Positions 1 through 11,206 of a stretch of 64,000 nucleotides of DNA are shown here, one piece after another (the stretch's first letter is position 1; every line of letters begins with the position of its first letter). A program made the position numbers and the translations under genes. Source of the DNA: Thermoanaerobaculia bacterium (lineage in GTDB: Bacteria; Acidobacteriota; Thermoanaerobaculia; Gp7-AA8); contig JBKJQB010000248.1 of the NCBI GenBank assembly GCA_046594105.1, forward strand, positions 4,598-68,597, read 5' to 3'. The notes beneath the pieces were generated by a model that worked only from the letters and a program-made list of their open reading frames with translations, did not search any database and was not told the origin of the DNA.

Positions 1-3000
1 TCGACGCTCTGAACGTGAAGCACGGATCGGACCGATTCTTTCTCCTCTTTCGGGAGCGCCGCTGGAATGAGAAGGAAGGCGTCTTCATGGGCTGGGAACG
101 GAAGCGCGGAAAACTCGAAGAGCTCAACCGTCTGCTTCGCGGCGCGACCGACACCAGCTACACGATCTTCGCCGGAGACCTGTCCGTGCTCCCGTTGATT
201 CGTTATGTGCTCACGCTCGACACGGATACGCGGCTCCCGCGCGACGCGGCGCGCACGCTCGTCGGCATCCTCTCTCACCCGCTGAACCGTCCGCACGTCG
301 ATCCGGTTCTGAGGCGTGTCACGGAGGGATATGGGATCCTCCAGCCGCGGGTCGCTGTGACCAGCACCAGCGCCGCGAGCTCGCTCTTTGCACGCGTTTA
401 CTCGGGACACACAGGCGTCGACCCATATACGACGGCGGTCTCCGACGCGTACCAGGACTTGTTCGGCGAAGGGATCTCGACCGGCAAGGGACTCTACGAC
501 GTGGACGCATTCTCGCAGTCGCTCGAGGGACGGGTACCGGAGAACGCGCTCCTCTCGCACGACCTCTTCGAGGGGCTCTTCGCTCGAACGGCGCTCGTCT
601 CCGACGTCGAGGTCGTGGACGATTATCCGGCGAACGTCCTCGCGCACGCACGCCGCCAGAACCGCTGGGTGCGCGGCGACTGGCAGATCCTCCGCTGGCT
701 GTTTCCATGGGTGCCAACGCGACACGGCATGATTCGGAACGACCTTCCCGTGATCAGCCGCTGGAAGATTCTCGACAACCTGAGGCGGAGCCTAGCCACC
801 CCTTCGCTCCTGCTTCTCGTGCTCGCCGGCTGCACGTTCCTGCCAGGGCTTGCGTGGGTATGGGCGGGTGTCGCGGCAGCGATCGCCTCGATGCCGCTGC
901 TCTCGGCTCTGGCACGTCCACCAAAGGGATGGCACATGCGGAAGCCGGTACAAGTTCACGTCCACGGGGCTCTGGACGACATCGTGATGGCGGCGGCGCA
1001 ATCTGCCCTGGCGATCGTTCTTCTCCCCTTCCACGCATGGGAGACGCTTCACGCAATCGGCGTCACGCTCGTTCGCCTGGCGATCACACAGCGCAGGCTC
1101 CTCGAATGGGAGACGGCTGCCTCGCAATCCGCGCGGGCGGCGCATCTGCTCGAGGGAGGGGTCCGGGGCTTCATGGGCGAGGTTGCCGCCGGACCGGTGG
1201 CAGCGTCCTCGCTCCTCCTGCTTACGTCATTGGCGCAGCCGACCGACCTCCCGGTCGCCGCCCCGTTCGCTCTCCTCTGGCTGATGGCCCCAGTCGTAGC
1301 CTACACGATGAGCCGGCCGACGCCGATCCTGGGTCGCGCTCTCGATCGTCTCGCGAGGGAGAGACTGCTCACAATTGCCGAACAGACCTGGCGCTACTTC
1401 GACGAGTTCGTTACGCCTCGCGACAACGCGCTGCCTCCTGACAACTTCCAGGAGCACCCCGTGCCAGTGGTGGCCCACCGCACGTCGCCGACGAACATCG
1501 GCATGTCTCTCCTGTCGACGCTCGCCGCACACGATCTCGGCTTCCTGGGCATCGACGCGCTCGCCGAGCGTATCGGCGCGACACTCGATACTGCCCTGAG
1601 TCTCGAAACGTGGGAGGGGCACCTGCTGAACTGGTACGACACGACGACACGCGAGCCGCTTCTGCCGCGCTACGTCTCGACCGTCGACAGCGGGAACCTC
1701 TGCGCTTCGCTGATGACGCTCAGCGTCGGCCTCGATGAGCTGGCGGCCAGGCCCGGGGTCGAGGAAACGCTCGGCACGACGCTCTCCCGGCTCGCGACCC
1801 GGGCCCGAACATTCGCAGACGGGATGCGCTTCGCCCCGCTCTACGACCGCGAGCGGCAACTCTTTTCGATCGGATACCGGCTCGCCGATGTGGACGGACC
1901 GGGGCGCCTCGACGTTTCCACCTACGACCTGCTTGCCTCCGAGGCGCGTCTCACGAGCTTTCTCGCAGTCGCGCGCGGGGAGGTGCCGCAAGCGCATTGG
2001 TTCCGGCTCGGACGCCCAGTCGTCAGCGTGGACGGAGTGCCGACGCTTCTCTCCTGGAGCGCCACGATGTTCGAGTACCTCATGCCGCTACTGCTGATGC
2101 GCGACCGTCCCGATACGCTCCTCTCGGAGTCGTGCCGGCGGGCGGTTTCGCGGCAGATCGCGTTCGGCCGCACACGCGGCGTTCCCTGGGGGATCTCCGA
2201 GTCCGCGTACTCAGTGACCGACCGCGCAGGAACCTACCAGTACAAAGCGTTCGGCGTGCCGGGGCTCGGGCTGCAGCGACGGGTTGGCGACGAACTCGTA
2301 GTTGCGCCGTATGCGACAGCGCTGGCCGCTCTGGTCAACCCGGAGGCTGCCATCCGCAACTTCGCGCGACTGACAGCGGCGGGCCTCGAGGGCGCCTACG
2401 GTTTCTGCGAATCGATCGACTACACGCGGCGACGGCGCGAACAGGAAGTGACCGATGAGCCTTTCGAGGACGAGCGGAAGCAACCGGGCGTCCTGGTAAA
2501 GGCCTACTTCGCCCATCACCAGGGGATGACGCTGGTCGCGCTCGCGAACGTACTCCTTGGGGACATCATGGTGGAGCGGTTCCACGCCGATCCGCGCGTG
2601 AAGGCGACCGAATTGCTCCTCGAGGAGCGCATCCCGCGCGAGGCGCCCATCGTCGAGCCCCGTCCCGCCGAGCAGGCACGCCTCACCTCCCCCGTACTGG
2701 CTGAGGCGACGCGTCGGTTCCGGTCGCCCCACACGCCCTTCCCAAGGTCGACCATTCTCTCGAATGGTTCCTACGTCTCGATCGTCACCCATGCTGGGGG
2801 CGGCGCGAGCTTCTGGAAAGGGCGGAGCGTTACCCGCTGGCGCGAGGACCGAACCCGCGACTACGGCAGCCAATTCATCTACCTGCGGGACGTGCGGAAC
2901 GGGGCCGTCTGGTCGGCGGGCTACCAGCCCATCTGCAATGACCCGGAGTCGTACTCAGTCGCGTTCCACCTCGAGAAGGCGGTCTTCCGCCGGCTCGACG

Positions 3001-6000
3001 ACGAGATCGAGACGCGGCTCGAGATCGCTGTCTCGCCCGAGGACGACGTCGAGGTGCGCCGCCTCACGCTCACGAACCGGGGTGACCGGGTACGAGCGAT
3101 CGAAGTCACCAGTTACGTCGAGCTTGTGCTCGGCGGCCTCATGGAGGACACCGCGCACCCCGCGTTCGGAAAGCTCTTCGTCGAGACCGAGTGGCTTCCG
3201 GAGGCTGCCGCGCTCCTGGCGCGCCGACGTCCGCGTGGCGAAGAGGACCCGCCGTTCCATGCGTTCCACACCCTATCGCTAGAGAGATTGCCGCAGGCGG
3301 CGATCGAGCGGGAGACAGATCGGGCGCGCTTCCTCGGCCGGGGCCGCTCACCGGAGTCTCCGCGAGCAATGGACGGACGAGCGCTGAGCGGCACGACCGG
3401 GGCAGTCCTCGATCCCGTCTTCAGCCTGCGGACGCGCCTGCGACTTCCTCCCGGCGGCGTCGCGCGCCTCTCCTTTGCGACCGGCGCGGCGGCAGACGTC
3501 GATACGGCCCGCCAACTCGCACACAAGTACCACGACCCGGGCGCGGCGGGGCGCGCGTTTGCGCTCGCCTTCACCAACTCGCAGGTCTCGCTTCGTCACC
3601 TCGGGGTCTCCGCGGCGGAAGCGCAGCTCTTCGAGCGCCTTGCATCCCGTGTCTTCGGCGCCGACGCGTCGATGCGAGCCCGCCCGGAGGTGATGGCGAG
3701 AAACACGCTCGGACAGTCCGGCCTGTGGGGGCACGACATCTCGGGCGACCTTCCGATCGTCCTGGTGCGCGTGCTCGCGACGAACGATGTCTCGCTCGTC
3801 GTACAAGTCCTGAAGGCGCAGGCCTACTGGCGGCTCGAGGGGCTGAAGGCCGACATCGTCATCCTCAACGAGCACCCAGTGAGCTACCTCGACGCGATGC
3901 AGGCGCAACTCACGCAGCTCGTCGAAGCTGGTCCATGGGGAACACACCACGGGCAGTCAGGCGGCGTTTATCTCCTGCGCAGAGACGCGCTGACGGAGGC
4001 CGAGCGGATCCTCGTCCAGACCGTCGCGCGTGCCGTGCTGGCCGGGGACCGCGGCGATCTCGCAGAGCATCTCGAAAATCCCGAGGTCGAGGTGCCAGCC
4101 GAAGCCGCGCCCGCGCCTTCCACCGGTCCACCGCCCGTGGCCGCAAACGACGACACGCCGCCAGTGCCAGTGCCTCCGCTCGTGATGGAGAACGGCTTCG
4201 GAGGCTTCACCCTCGATGGCAAGGAGTATGTCGTCGTTCTCGAAGGGGGAAGGGAAACCCCGCTTCCCTGGTCCAACGTCATCGCGAACCCGCACTTCGG
4301 CACACTCGTGACCGCGTCCGGCACCGCCGTGACATGGTCGCTGAACAGCAATGCGAACCGCCTGACGCCGTTCGCGAACGACCCGGTGACCGACCCGACC
4401 TCGGAGGCAATCGTTCTTCGCGATGATGAGGAGGGTGTGATCTGGGGTGCGACGCCCGCGGTCAACCGGCTTCGCCACGACGCCGACGGTGCGAGATGGG
4501 GTGCGACGCCCGACGCAATCCAGCGCGGGCAACGTTTGCCACGATGGGTAGTGCGCCACGCCGCCGGGGTCACGCGTTTTCAGCATGCGGCCCTTGGCCT
4601 GGAGCAGGAGCTCGCGGTCTTCGTGGCGCGTGAGCGTGCGGTCAAACTTTCCCTGCTGACGTTGACCAATCAATCGGGACGCAGGCGGAGACTCTCCCTG
4701 TTCGCCTACAACGAGTGGGCGATGGGGCCGCCGCGTCCCAACGAGCATCTTTTCGTGGTGACGGAGCGGGACGAAAAGAGCGGCGCCGTTCTGGCAAGGA
4801 ATCCCTACAACCAAGACTTTGCGGGGCGAGTGGCCTTTTCGGCCTCGAGCGTCATCCCTACATCGTCCACGGCCGACCGCACGGAGGTCTTAGGACGGAA
4901 TGGCGCTCTGCACCGTGCCGCCGCCTTCCTGCGACCCGAGCTCTCCGGCCGTTTCGGCGCTGGCCTCGATCCGTGCGCTGCGCTGAAAATCGCCGTCGAT
5001 CTCGAGCCAGGCGGGACGGCGCGGGTTGTGTTTCTGCTCGGAGAAGGCGCCAGCGCCGAGGAGGCGCGCGAGTTGATCGAGCTCTACGCTGACCCTGATG
5101 CAGCGGCAGCCGAGCTCCGCGCCGTCGAGGCTTCATGGGAGTCGATCCTGGGCGCCGTCACCGTGAAGACACCGGACGACTCGTTCGACATCCTGGTGAA
5201 CCGCTGGCTCGTTTACCAGGTCCTCGCCGGTCGCATGTGGGGCCGTACCGGCTACTACCAGTCGAGCGGTGCCTTCGGCTTCCGGGACCAGCTGCAGGAC
5301 GCGATGGCGTTGACGTTCGCCCGGCCCGACCTCGTGCGCGAGCACCTGCTCCGCGCGGGCTCGCGCCAGTTCGTGGAGGGAGACGTCCAGCACTGGTGGC
5401 ACCCGCCGAGCGGGCGGGGGACGCGGACGCATTGCTCCGACGACCTGCTGTTCCTGCCGTACGCGATCTCCGGCTACCTGCGGGCGACCGGCGACGCGGG
5501 TGTCCTCGACGAGGTCCTGACGTTCCTCGAAGCGCCCCCCGTTCCTGAGGGCGATGCCGACGCCTATGGCCTCCCGGCTGTTTCTTCGCAATCCGCTCCG
5601 CTCTATGAACACGGCGTGCGCGCGATCGAGCGCGGACTCACGGCGGGCGTCCATGGCCTCCCGCTGATGGGGAGCTGTGACTGGAACGATGGGATGAACC
5701 GTGTCGGGAACCTCGGAAAAGGGGAGAGCGTCTGGCTCGGCTTCTTCCTTCACCTCGTCCTCACGGAATACGCGCCTATCGCGGAAGCGCGTGGTGACTC
5801 CGACCGTGCCGCACGCTGGCGGAGCGAGGCAGAGCGAATCGCGGCGATGCTCGAGCTCTCATGGGACGGCTCGTGGTACCGCCGCGCCTACTTCGACGAC
5901 GGGTCACCGCTCGGCTCCTCGACGAACGTGGACGGACGCGTCGACTCGATTCCGCAGACCTGGGCGGTGATCTCGGGCGTCGCGCCTGCCGCCCGCGCCG

Positions 6001-6719
6001 AGCGCGCGATGGATGCCGTGCGCGCTCATCTCGTTCGCCGCGACCCACAGGTCGTCCTGCTCCTTTCGCCGCCCTTCGATCACGGCCCCGAAAAACCGGG
6101 CTATATCAAAGGTTACGTTCCCGGCGTGCGGGAAAATGGTGGCCAGTACACACACGCGGCACAGTGGTTCGTCCTCGCCGTGGCCCGCCTCGGACACGGC
6201 GATGAAGCCGTCGAGCTCTTTCACATGCTCAACCCGATCAACCACACGCGGACGGCGCGCGAGGTCGAGCGCTATCAGACCGAGCCCTACGTTCTGGCCG
6301 GCGACGTCTATGCCCACCCGCAACACGAGGGGCGCGGAGGATGGACCTGGTATACCGGCTCAGCCGGATGGATGTACCGCGTCGGCCTCGAGGAGATCCT
6401 CGGCGTGAGGCGGCACGGAGCAACACTGTCGGTTCGTCCCTGCGTGCCGACGACCTGGCCCCGCTTCGAGGTCACTCTGCGCCTTGGGGAACAGACGCTC
6501 TACGTGATCGAAGTGGAGAATCCGGAACGGCGCACGACGGGCGTTGCAACAGCGGAGCTCGACGGGACGACGGTGCCTCCCGAGGGGATTCCGTTCGTGG
6601 ACGACGGCCGAAGGCATAACGTGCACGTCGTGATGGGCGCGCCGCGAGACGAGCACGGCCCAGACTCTTCGACGCGCCGTGCGGGCGCCGCAGCGTCGGT
6701 GTTGTCGGGTAATCGATGA
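1..6719 (+). CDS. ndvB: Cyclic beta-1,2-glucan synthase (GT84 glycosyltransferase domain plus C-terminal GH94 phosphorylase-like domain). It is 5'-truncated: the reading frame is open to the window edge.
   Basis: ORF 15..6719 (2234 aa) has no stop back to position 1. The [11 protein letters not shown] and DTD motifs near the start of the fragment are typical of the GT84 NdvB/ChvB catalytic domain. The C-terminal region ([22 protein letters not shown]) is cellobiose-phosphorylase-like GH94. Overall size and architecture match cyclic glucan synthases. Confidence 0.8.
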   Translation, partial: DALNVKHGSDRFFLLFRERRWNEKEGVFMGWERKRGKLEELNRLLRGATDTSYTIFAGDLSVLPLIRYVLTLDTDTRLPRDAARTLVGILSHPLNRPHVDPVLRRVTEGYGILQPRVAVTSTSAASSLFARVYSGHTGVDPYTTAVSDAYQDLFGEGISTGKGLYDVDAFSQSLEGRVPENALLSHDLFEGLFARTALVSDVEVVDDYPANVLAHARRQNRWVRGDWQILRWLFPWVPTRHGMIRNDLPVISRWKILDNLRRSLATPSLLLLVLAGCTFLPGLAWVWAGVAAAIASMPLLSALARPPKGWHMRKPVQVHVHGALDDIVMAAAQSALAIVLLPFHAWETLHAIGVTLVRLAITQRRLLEWETAASQSARAAHLLEGGVRGFMGEVAAGPVAASSLLLLTSLAQPTDLPVAAPFALLWLMAPVVAYTMSRPTPILGRALDRLARERLLTIAEQTWRYFDEFVTPRDNALPPDNFQEHPVPVVAHRTSPTNIGMSLLSTLAAHDLGFLGIDALAERIGATLDTALSLETWEGHLLNWYDTTTREPLLPRYVSTVDSGNLCASLMTLSVGLDELAARPGVEETLGTTLSRLATRARTFADGMRFAPLYDRERQLFSIGYRLADVDGPGRLDVSTYDLLASEARLTSFLAVARGEVPQAHWFRLGRPVVSVDGVPTLLSWSATMFEYLMPLLLMRDRPDTLLSESCRRAVSRQIAFGRTRGVPWGISESAYSVTDRAGTYQYKAFGVPGLGLQRRVGDELVVAPYATALAALVNPEAAIRNFARLTAAGLEGAYGFCESIDYTRRRREQEVTDEPFEDERKQPGVLVKAYFAHHQGMTLVALANVLLGDIMVERFHADPRVKATELLLEERIPREAPIVEPRPAEQARLTSPVLAEATRRFRSPHTPFPRSTILSNGSYVSIVTHAGGGASFWKGRSVTRWREDRTRDYGSQFIYLRDVRNGAVWSAGYQPICNDPESYSVAFHLEKAVFRRLDDEIETRLEIAVSPEDDVEVRRLTLTNRGDRVRAIEVTSYVELVLGGLMEDTAHPAFGKLFVETEWLPEAAALLARRRPRGEEDPPFHAFHTLSLERLPQAAIERETDRARFLGRGRSPESPRAMDGRALSGTTGAVLDPVFSLRTRLRLPPGGVARLSFATGAAADVDTARQLAHKYHDPGAAGRAFALAFTNSQVSLRHLGVSAAEAQLFERLASRVFGADASMRARPEVMARNTLGQSGLWGHDISGDLPIVLVRVLATNDVSLVVQVLKAQAYWRLEGLKADIVILNEHPVSYLDAMQAQLTQLVEAGPWGTHHGQSGGVYLLRRDALTEAERILVQTVARAVLAGDRGDLAEHLENPEVEVPAEAAPAPSTGPPPVAANDDTPPVPVPPLVMENGFGGFTLDGKEYVVVLEGGRETPLPWSNVIANPHFGTLVTASGTAVTWSLNSNANRLTPFANDPVTDPTSEAIVLRDDEEGVIWGATPAVNRLRHDADGARWGATPDAIQRGQRLPRWVVRHAAGVTRFQHAALGLEQELAVFVARERAVKLSLLTLTNQSGRRRRLSLFAYNEWAMGPPRPNEHLFVVTERDEKSGAVLARNPYNQDFAGRVAFSASSVIPTSSTADRTEVLGRNGALHRAAAFLRPELSGRFGAGLDPCAALKIAVDLEPGGTARVVFLLGEGASAEEARELIELYADPDAAAAELRAVEASWESILGAVTVKTPDDSFDILVNRWLVYQVLAGRMWGRTGYYQSSGAFGFRDQLQDAMALTFARPDLVREHLLRAGSRQFVEGDVQHWWHPPSGRGTRTHCSDDLLFLPYAISGYLRATGDAGVLDEVLTFLEAPPVPEGDADAYGLPAVSSQSAPLYEHGVRAIERGLTAGVHGLPLMGSCDWNDGMNRVGNLGKGESVWLGFFLHLVLTEYAPIAEARGDSDRAARWRSEAERIAAMLELSWDGSWYRRAYFDDGSPLGSSTNVDGRVDSIPQTWAVISGVAPAARAERAMDAVRAHLVRRDPQVVLLLSPPFDHGPEKPGYIKGYVPGVRENGGQYTHAAQWFVLAVARLGHGDEAVELFHMLNPINHTRTAREVERYQTEPYVLAGDVYAHPQHEGRGGWTWYTGSAGWMYRVGLEEILGVRRHGATLSVRPCVPTTWPRFEVTLRLGEQTLYVIEVENPERRTTGVATAELDGTTVPPEGIPFVDDGRRHNVHVVMGAPRDEHGPDSSTRRAGAAASVLSGNR

Positions 6720-6880
6720 GACAATGTCGCCCGTGGCGGCGGTTACAGAGCGAATTGACGTCCGACTGCGCCCTCATTTGATCGGTGCCCGCTGCATGTA
6801 CAATGTCGCCTCCGCAGCGGGAATGGAAGCAGTTGATTCTCCCTTCTGCAGTCGGAATTTGGTCATCGTTGCAGAGCCAC

Positions 6881-6972
6881 GGAGAGATGGGTGAGTGGCT
6901 TAAACCAACGGTTTGCTAAACCGTCGTACTGGGAAACCGGTACCGAGGGTTCGAATCCCTCTCTCTCCGCCA
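6881..6972 (+). tRNA. tRNA-Ser (anticodon GCT/GCU), type II with long variable arm, CCA encoded
   Basis: The cloverleaf was folded by eye. Acceptor stem GGAGAGA pairs with TCTCTCC. Anticodon stem ACGGT pairs with ACCGT, with 7-nt loop TTGCTAA, giving anticodon GCT. There is a long variable arm, a T-arm GAGGG-TTCGAAT-CCCTC, a discriminator G and a 3' CCA. Confidence 0.85.
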
Positions 6973-7027
6973 CGATTTGCTGCCCGAGGTCGCGAAGCAG
7001 GAACGGCGACCGCCGGGCTCACCGGCA

Positions 7028-8563
7028 CTACTTTCCGTCGTCCGCGACTTCCACCCGATCGAGGGCTTCGGTGGCCGGTCCATTCAGTACCTTTCCTTCC
7101 GTGCTGAATCGCGAGCCGTGGCAGGGGCAGTCCCAACTCCGTTCGGATGCGTTCCAGGCGACATCGCATCCCAAGTGTGTGCAGGCAGGAGCGAGCGCGT
7201 GAAGGTGGCCCGCCTCGTCGCGAGCGACCGCCAACTTCCGCCCCTCGACGCTGACGATTTTTCCCTCTCCTGATTTCACGTCGAACAAGTGCCTGGTCTC
7301 CACGTTGAGACGGAGCTTGTCGCGGACGATCTCCTTTGGGAAGTCGACATTCTCCAGGACGAGATCCTTCGACATGGCCAGGCGGGACGGATTGAAAATC
7401 TTCGCAGCTTCAGTCGAGAGTTCGCTCTGCGCGCCGGTGATCAGGTCGGCCACCAGCATGGCCCCATAGGTACCGAAGGTCATGCCCTGTCCGGCGAAGC
7501 CAGTGGCAATGTAGACGTTGGACTTTCCCGCCTGCAGACCGATGAACGGGAGCCCGTCGGACGATTCAATGATCTGACCGGACCAGCGATACGCAGGCTC
7601 CATCCCGGGAACACGAGTATCCATCCAGCTCTGGAGCCGCTCCGGGCATTCTGTCGTTTCCGATTCCTGGCCGACCTTGTGATCCTCCCCTCCCACGATC
7701 ACGAACTCGTCCTGCCAGCGGATGTAGTGATAGGGATCTTCGGTATCCCAGAAGAGGCCATCGGGCTGCTGGCCCTTCCATGGCGCCGCCAGCGCGTAAG
7801 AACGATACGCCGCGATCTTGAGACCGGTGGCGAAGACATCGTTCAGCGGAGAGTTGGTGGCCACGAAGACGGAACCGGCCGTCATCCGTCCGGCGCTCGT
7901 TTCGATCGTACACGGCTGGCCATCCTCCACCGCGTTGACGTGGACGCCGAGAAACAATCCGTCCCTGAGCGAGTCGGCAAGACCCTCGGCGTACGCCACC
8001 GGATGAAACTGCGCCTGATTCTCGTAACGGACCGCCCCGCGCGTGGCGAAGGGTAGTGGCACCTCGGCGACGAAAGCCGCTGCCACTCCTGCCTCTTTCG
8101 CGGCGGAAGCCTCGCTTTTCAATTGCGCCACCTGTCCGCGCTGCTCGGTGAAGAGGTAGCCGGGCAACCGGCGGAATCCGCAATCGATCGAGCGGCTTCG
8201 CACCTGGGCCTCAATCCCCGCCATCGCCGCCTGCAGGGCTTTCGCAATGACCTTCGCATGATCGAGGCCGAAACGACGCTTCAATGAATGGTACCGAGCA
8301 TCGATGGCCTCGGTGATGTGCGCGGTGGTGTGGCCGGTTTCGCCGGCGGCCACTCCGCGATCCTCCAGAACGGCCACGCTACGGCCGCGTTCTCGGAGGA
8401 GGGTTGCCGCCGTCAGGCCGGTGATTCCAGCACCGATGATGGCGACATCGACGTGCATCCCGTCGATGGGGCGTTTGGTTGGCGTCGCGGGATGAGGCTT
8501 CCAGAGGGGGATTGAAGGGTTGATCACGTTTCCTTCGCTGAGCAAGAAGTGTGCTGATGTCAC
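7028..8563 (-). CDS. FAD-dependent oxidoreductase (DAO family) fused to a C-terminal Rieske [2Fe-2S] domain
   Basis: N-terminal dinucleotide-binding motif VAIIGAGITGLTAA. C-terminal Rieske ligand motifs CTHLGC...CPCHGSRF. Confidence 0.8.
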   Translation of the reverse strand: MTSAHFLLSEGNVINPSIPLWKPHPATPTKRPIDGMHVDVAIIGAGITGLTAATLLRERGRSVAVLEDRGVAAGETGHTTAHITEAIDARYHSLKRRFGLDHAKVIAKALQAAMAGIEAQVRSRSIDCGFRRLPGYLFTEQRGQVAQLKSEASAAKEAGVAAAFVAEVPLPFATRGAVRYENQAQFHPVAYAEGLADSLRDGLFLGVHVNAVEDGQPCTIETSAGRMTAGSVFVATNSPLNDVFATGLKIAAYRSYALAAPWKGQQPDGLFWDTEDPYHYIRWQDEFVIVGGEDHKVGQESETTECPERLQSWMDTRVPGMEPAYRWSGQIIESSDGLPFIGLQAGKSNVYIATGFAGQGMTFGTYGAMLVADLITGAQSELSTEAAKIFNPSRLAMSKDLVLENVDFPKEIVRDKLRLNVETRHLFDVKSGEGKIVSVEGRKLAVARDEAGHLHALAPACTHLGCDVAWNASERSWDCPCHGSRFSTEGKVLNGPATEALDRVEVADDGK

Positions 8564-8696
8564 CCCGGGAGTACGAACTCAGAAGCTCTGAACTTGCGGG
8601 CTCTACTGGCACACTTCGTGAAGCCGAATAACCTCGCATTCCAGTTGTCCACAGCACTTCTCGCAGCACCGATCTCGAACCCAAAAGGAGATACTC

Positions 8697-9116
8697 ATGG
8701 CGAATACAAGCAAACGCGGTTTTGCGTCGATGGACCCCTCCAAACAGAAAGAAATCGCCAGCAAGGGCGGACGGGCTGCTCACGCGAAGGGCACTGCCCA
8801 CGAATTCACATCCGATGAAGCTCGCGTCGCCGGCCGGAAGGGCGGCGAGGCGGTGAGCCGCGATCGCGCGCACATGTCCGCGATCGGACGCGAGGGTGGT
8901 CACAGCCGCGGGCGGGTCCGGCAGAACCAGGATTCCGTGACCGGCAACGACTCCAGCGCCGAAAACAACGGTGAACGCCCAAGCTTCATCGGGCAGGAGC
9001 GCTCCAGCGACCGTGGACCTCTCGAAAGCGATCGTAATCCAGCGCGCAACGATCGGGATCGCACCGAGGGTTTGATCAATCGCGAGGACGCCACCCCCAA
9101 TCGCGGTGCTCTCTAG
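8697..9116 (+). CDS. General stress protein with KGG repeat motifs (YciG/con-10-like)
   Basis: Repeated SKGG / GGxxxxR / EGGHSRG motifs in a small, highly charged protein. RBS AAGGAGAT 6 nt upstream of the ATG. Confidence 0.7.
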   Translation: MANTSKRGFASMDPSKQKEIASKGGRAAHAKGTAHEFTSDEARVAGRKGGEAVSRDRAHMSAIGREGGHSRGRVRQNQDSVTGNDSSAENNGERPSFIGQERSSDRGPLESDRNPARNDRDRTEGLINREDATPNRGAL

Positions 9117-9120
9117 AATG

Positions 9121-9185
9121 ATCCCGTGAGGCGGCGGTGCCGCAGCGGGGCGGTTTGCGTCCGCCCCACTCACGGGATGTTCTTT
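9121..9185 (+). terminator. Compound GC-rich hairpin after the KGG stress gene (probable intrinsic terminator)
   Basis: Perfect 10-nt inverted repeat ATCCCGTGAG...CTCACGGGAT (9121-9177) encloses a GGGGCGG-TTTGCGT-CCGCCCC hairpin. It is followed by the T-rich stretch GTTCTTTC. Confidence 0.45.
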
Positions 9186-9328
9186 CACCACCTTGAGCGA
9201 AGCCGGCGCACCCGGTCGACACGTCCGATCGATGGAACCCCTTCTGCTCCTCCCCCGATCCATCGATGTTTCTGAAACGGTCCCGAAGAGGAGTGTCCGG
9301 TGATGCCGCTGAGGAGCCTCGTAGTAGC

Positions 9329-10066
9329 ATGCGCGCCGCAACGACGAAGGAGGCTGCTTTGAAGAATCTTTTTTGTGCATTTGCCCTGGTGGTAGTGGCA
9401 GCGTGTGCGCCGGCAAACCGTGACGCTGGCACGCAGTCGGAAGGCACCACGCAGGCAACCATGAGCACCGCCACCACGATGACCGAAGCCAGCGCAGCTC
9501 CTGCGGCGCCGGCCAAAGCGGAAGAGGAGAAGAAACCGATGACGGACTATCAGGACAAAGTGGCGGAACTGCACACCAGCGCCGGCGAGATCGACCTTCG
9601 ATTTTTCCCGGATGTGGCGCCGAAGCATGTGAAGAACTTTCTCGATCTGGCCGAAAAGGGCTTTTACAACGGGAGCAAGTTCCACCGCATCATCCCCGGC
9701 TTCATGATTCAGGGAGGCGACCCGAACACCATCTCGGGAGCTCCTGGCAGCTGGGGAACCGGCGGCTCGGGACAGCATGTCCAGGCCGAATTCAACAGCA
9801 TTCATCACGCGCGCGGCATCGTCTCCATGGCCCGGGCCCAGGACAACGACAGCGCCTCCTCTCAGTTCTTCATCGTGGTGGCGGACTCCGGATTCCTCGA
9901 TCGCCAGTACTCGGTGTTCGGTCAGGTAACCAAAGGAATGGAGGTCGCGGACAAGATCGTCAACGCACCCAAGGGCGCGCAGGATCGTCCGACCTCGCCG
10001 GTGAGCATCGACAAGATCGTGGTCCGCGCCGCGCGGCCTGACGAAAAGGGACCAACGCCCAAGTGA
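9329..10066 (+). CDS. Peptidyl-prolyl cis-trans isomerase, cyclophilin type, lipoprotein precursor
   Basis: Cyclophilin motifs FHRIIPGFMIQGGDP and ARGIVSMA. N-terminal signal with lipobox VVAAC. The ORF begins at 9266 but the in-frame Met at 9329 gives a sensible signal peptide. Confidence 0.85.
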   Translation: MRAATTKEAALKNLFCAFALVVVAACAPANRDAGTQSEGTTQATMSTATTMTEASAAPAAPAKAEEEKKPMTDYQDKVAELHTSAGEIDLRFFPDVAPKHVKNFLDLAEKGFYNGSKFHRIIPGFMIQGGDPNTISGAPGSWGTGGSGQHVQAEFNSIHHARGIVSMARAQDNDSASSQFFIVVADSGFLDRQYSVFGQVTKGMEVADKIVNAPKGAQDRPTSPVSIDKIVVRAARPDEKGPTPK

Positions 10067-10150
10067 TGTTCTTCCAGCGTTTCTGAGTCGAGTGGTTTCG
10101 ACCCCGGAATCGCGCCGAGAACCTCATCCCCGCGCGGGACAGCTGACCCT

Positions 10151-11206
10151 ATGAATGACGCCGCGCTCCCGCCCGAAGCCCGCGAGTTTCTGGCCCAGCA
10201 TCTGGGAGAAGGCTGGACCGCCGTCCCGCTGCAGGGCGATGCCTCGGTGCGGCGATACTTCCGCATCACCCTGGCGGACGGCACCACCAGGATGCTGGCC
10301 TGGTACCCGCTCGAGGTCCGCGGGCAGCTGCGAAGGTTCCTGGACGCCTACGATGCGGTGTCCAAACATGCTTACGTCCCTCGGGTCCTTGAACACGACG
10401 GGGGGGCCTCGCTCCAGCAGGACATCGGCAACCAGACGCTGTTCGATCTGCTGCACACCGACCGTGACGAGGGTGTGCGCTGGTACCGCAAAGCGATCAC
10501 CCTGCTGGTGTACTTTCAGCGCGCCGGCGACGTGGGCATCAACCCTCCCTTCACCGCGGACTTCTTCCGCGATGAGCTGGAAATGACCCGGGAGTTCTAC
10601 GTCGAGAAGCTGATGGGCATTCCGCCATCCGAATCCCTGAAGCTGCAGCCTTCGCTGCAGAAACTGTCTCACAATGTATCGCGACATCCGTACGTTTTAT
10701 GTCACCGTGATTATCATGGGCAGAATATCCACACCTTAAATGATAAGCTCTGGCTAATCGATTATCAGGACTTGAGAATGGGTCCTGATACCTACGACCT
10801 GGCCTCGCTGCTGCGCGATCGGGGTGTGGCACCCCTGCTGGGAGACGAGACCGAGATCGAGCTGGTCGACTACTACGCGGAGTGGCGCTCCGTCGGCGTT
10901 CCCGGCCGAAGCCCGCTGCCTCACGGCGAGCGCCGATCCACCCGCCGGCGCTATTTCGAAACCCTGCTGCAACGCTCCATCAAGATCCTCGGAACGTTTT
11001 CCAAGCAGCCGCTGGTGCGCGGCCGCATGTGGTACCTCGACTTCATCCCGCCCACCATCGACAGCATCCGGCGCTGCCTGGCCGAGTTGCAGGACTACGC
11101 CGAGCTGTATTCGCTGCTTCCCATGAACTTCTCGATCGATGAGGCCCGTGAGCGAGCGGAAAGGATTTTTGATGGCGAAACACAAAATCACACTGCTGCC
11201 CGGTGA
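10151..11206 (+). CDS. Phosphotransferase-family protein (APH/choline-kinase-like fold), possibly an anomeric sugar kinase
   Basis: Kinase catalytic loop HRDYHGQNIH and Mg-binding IDYQD. Size and motif spacing are typical of the APH family. Confidence 0.7.
   Translation: MNDAALPPEAREFLAQHLGEGWTAVPLQGDASVRRYFRITLADGTTRMLAWYPLEVRGQLRRFLDAYDAVSKHAYVPRVLEHDGGASLQQDIGNQTLFDLLHTDRDEGVRWYRKAITLLVYFQRAGDVGINPPFTADFFRDELEMTREFYVEKLMGIPPSESLKLQPSLQKLSHNVSRHPYVLCHRDYHGQNIHTLNDKLWLIDYQDLRMGPDTYDLASLLRDRGVAPLLGDETEIELVDYYAEWRSVGVPGRSPLPHGERRSTRRRYFETLLQRSIKILGTFSKQPLVRGRMWYLDFIPPTIDSIRRCLAELQDYAELYSLLPMNFSIDEARERAERIFDGETQNHTAAR

Noticed and set aside
319-6656. Dozens of 60-250-aa ORFs on both strands overlapping the glucan synthase gene (e.g. 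319..717 -, 707..1441 +, 3191..4426 +, 3957..4814 -)
   Set aside because: They are Arg/Pro/Ala-rich translations typical of alternative frames in ~70% GC DNA. All are nested in one continuous 2234-aa ORF with clear domain motifs.
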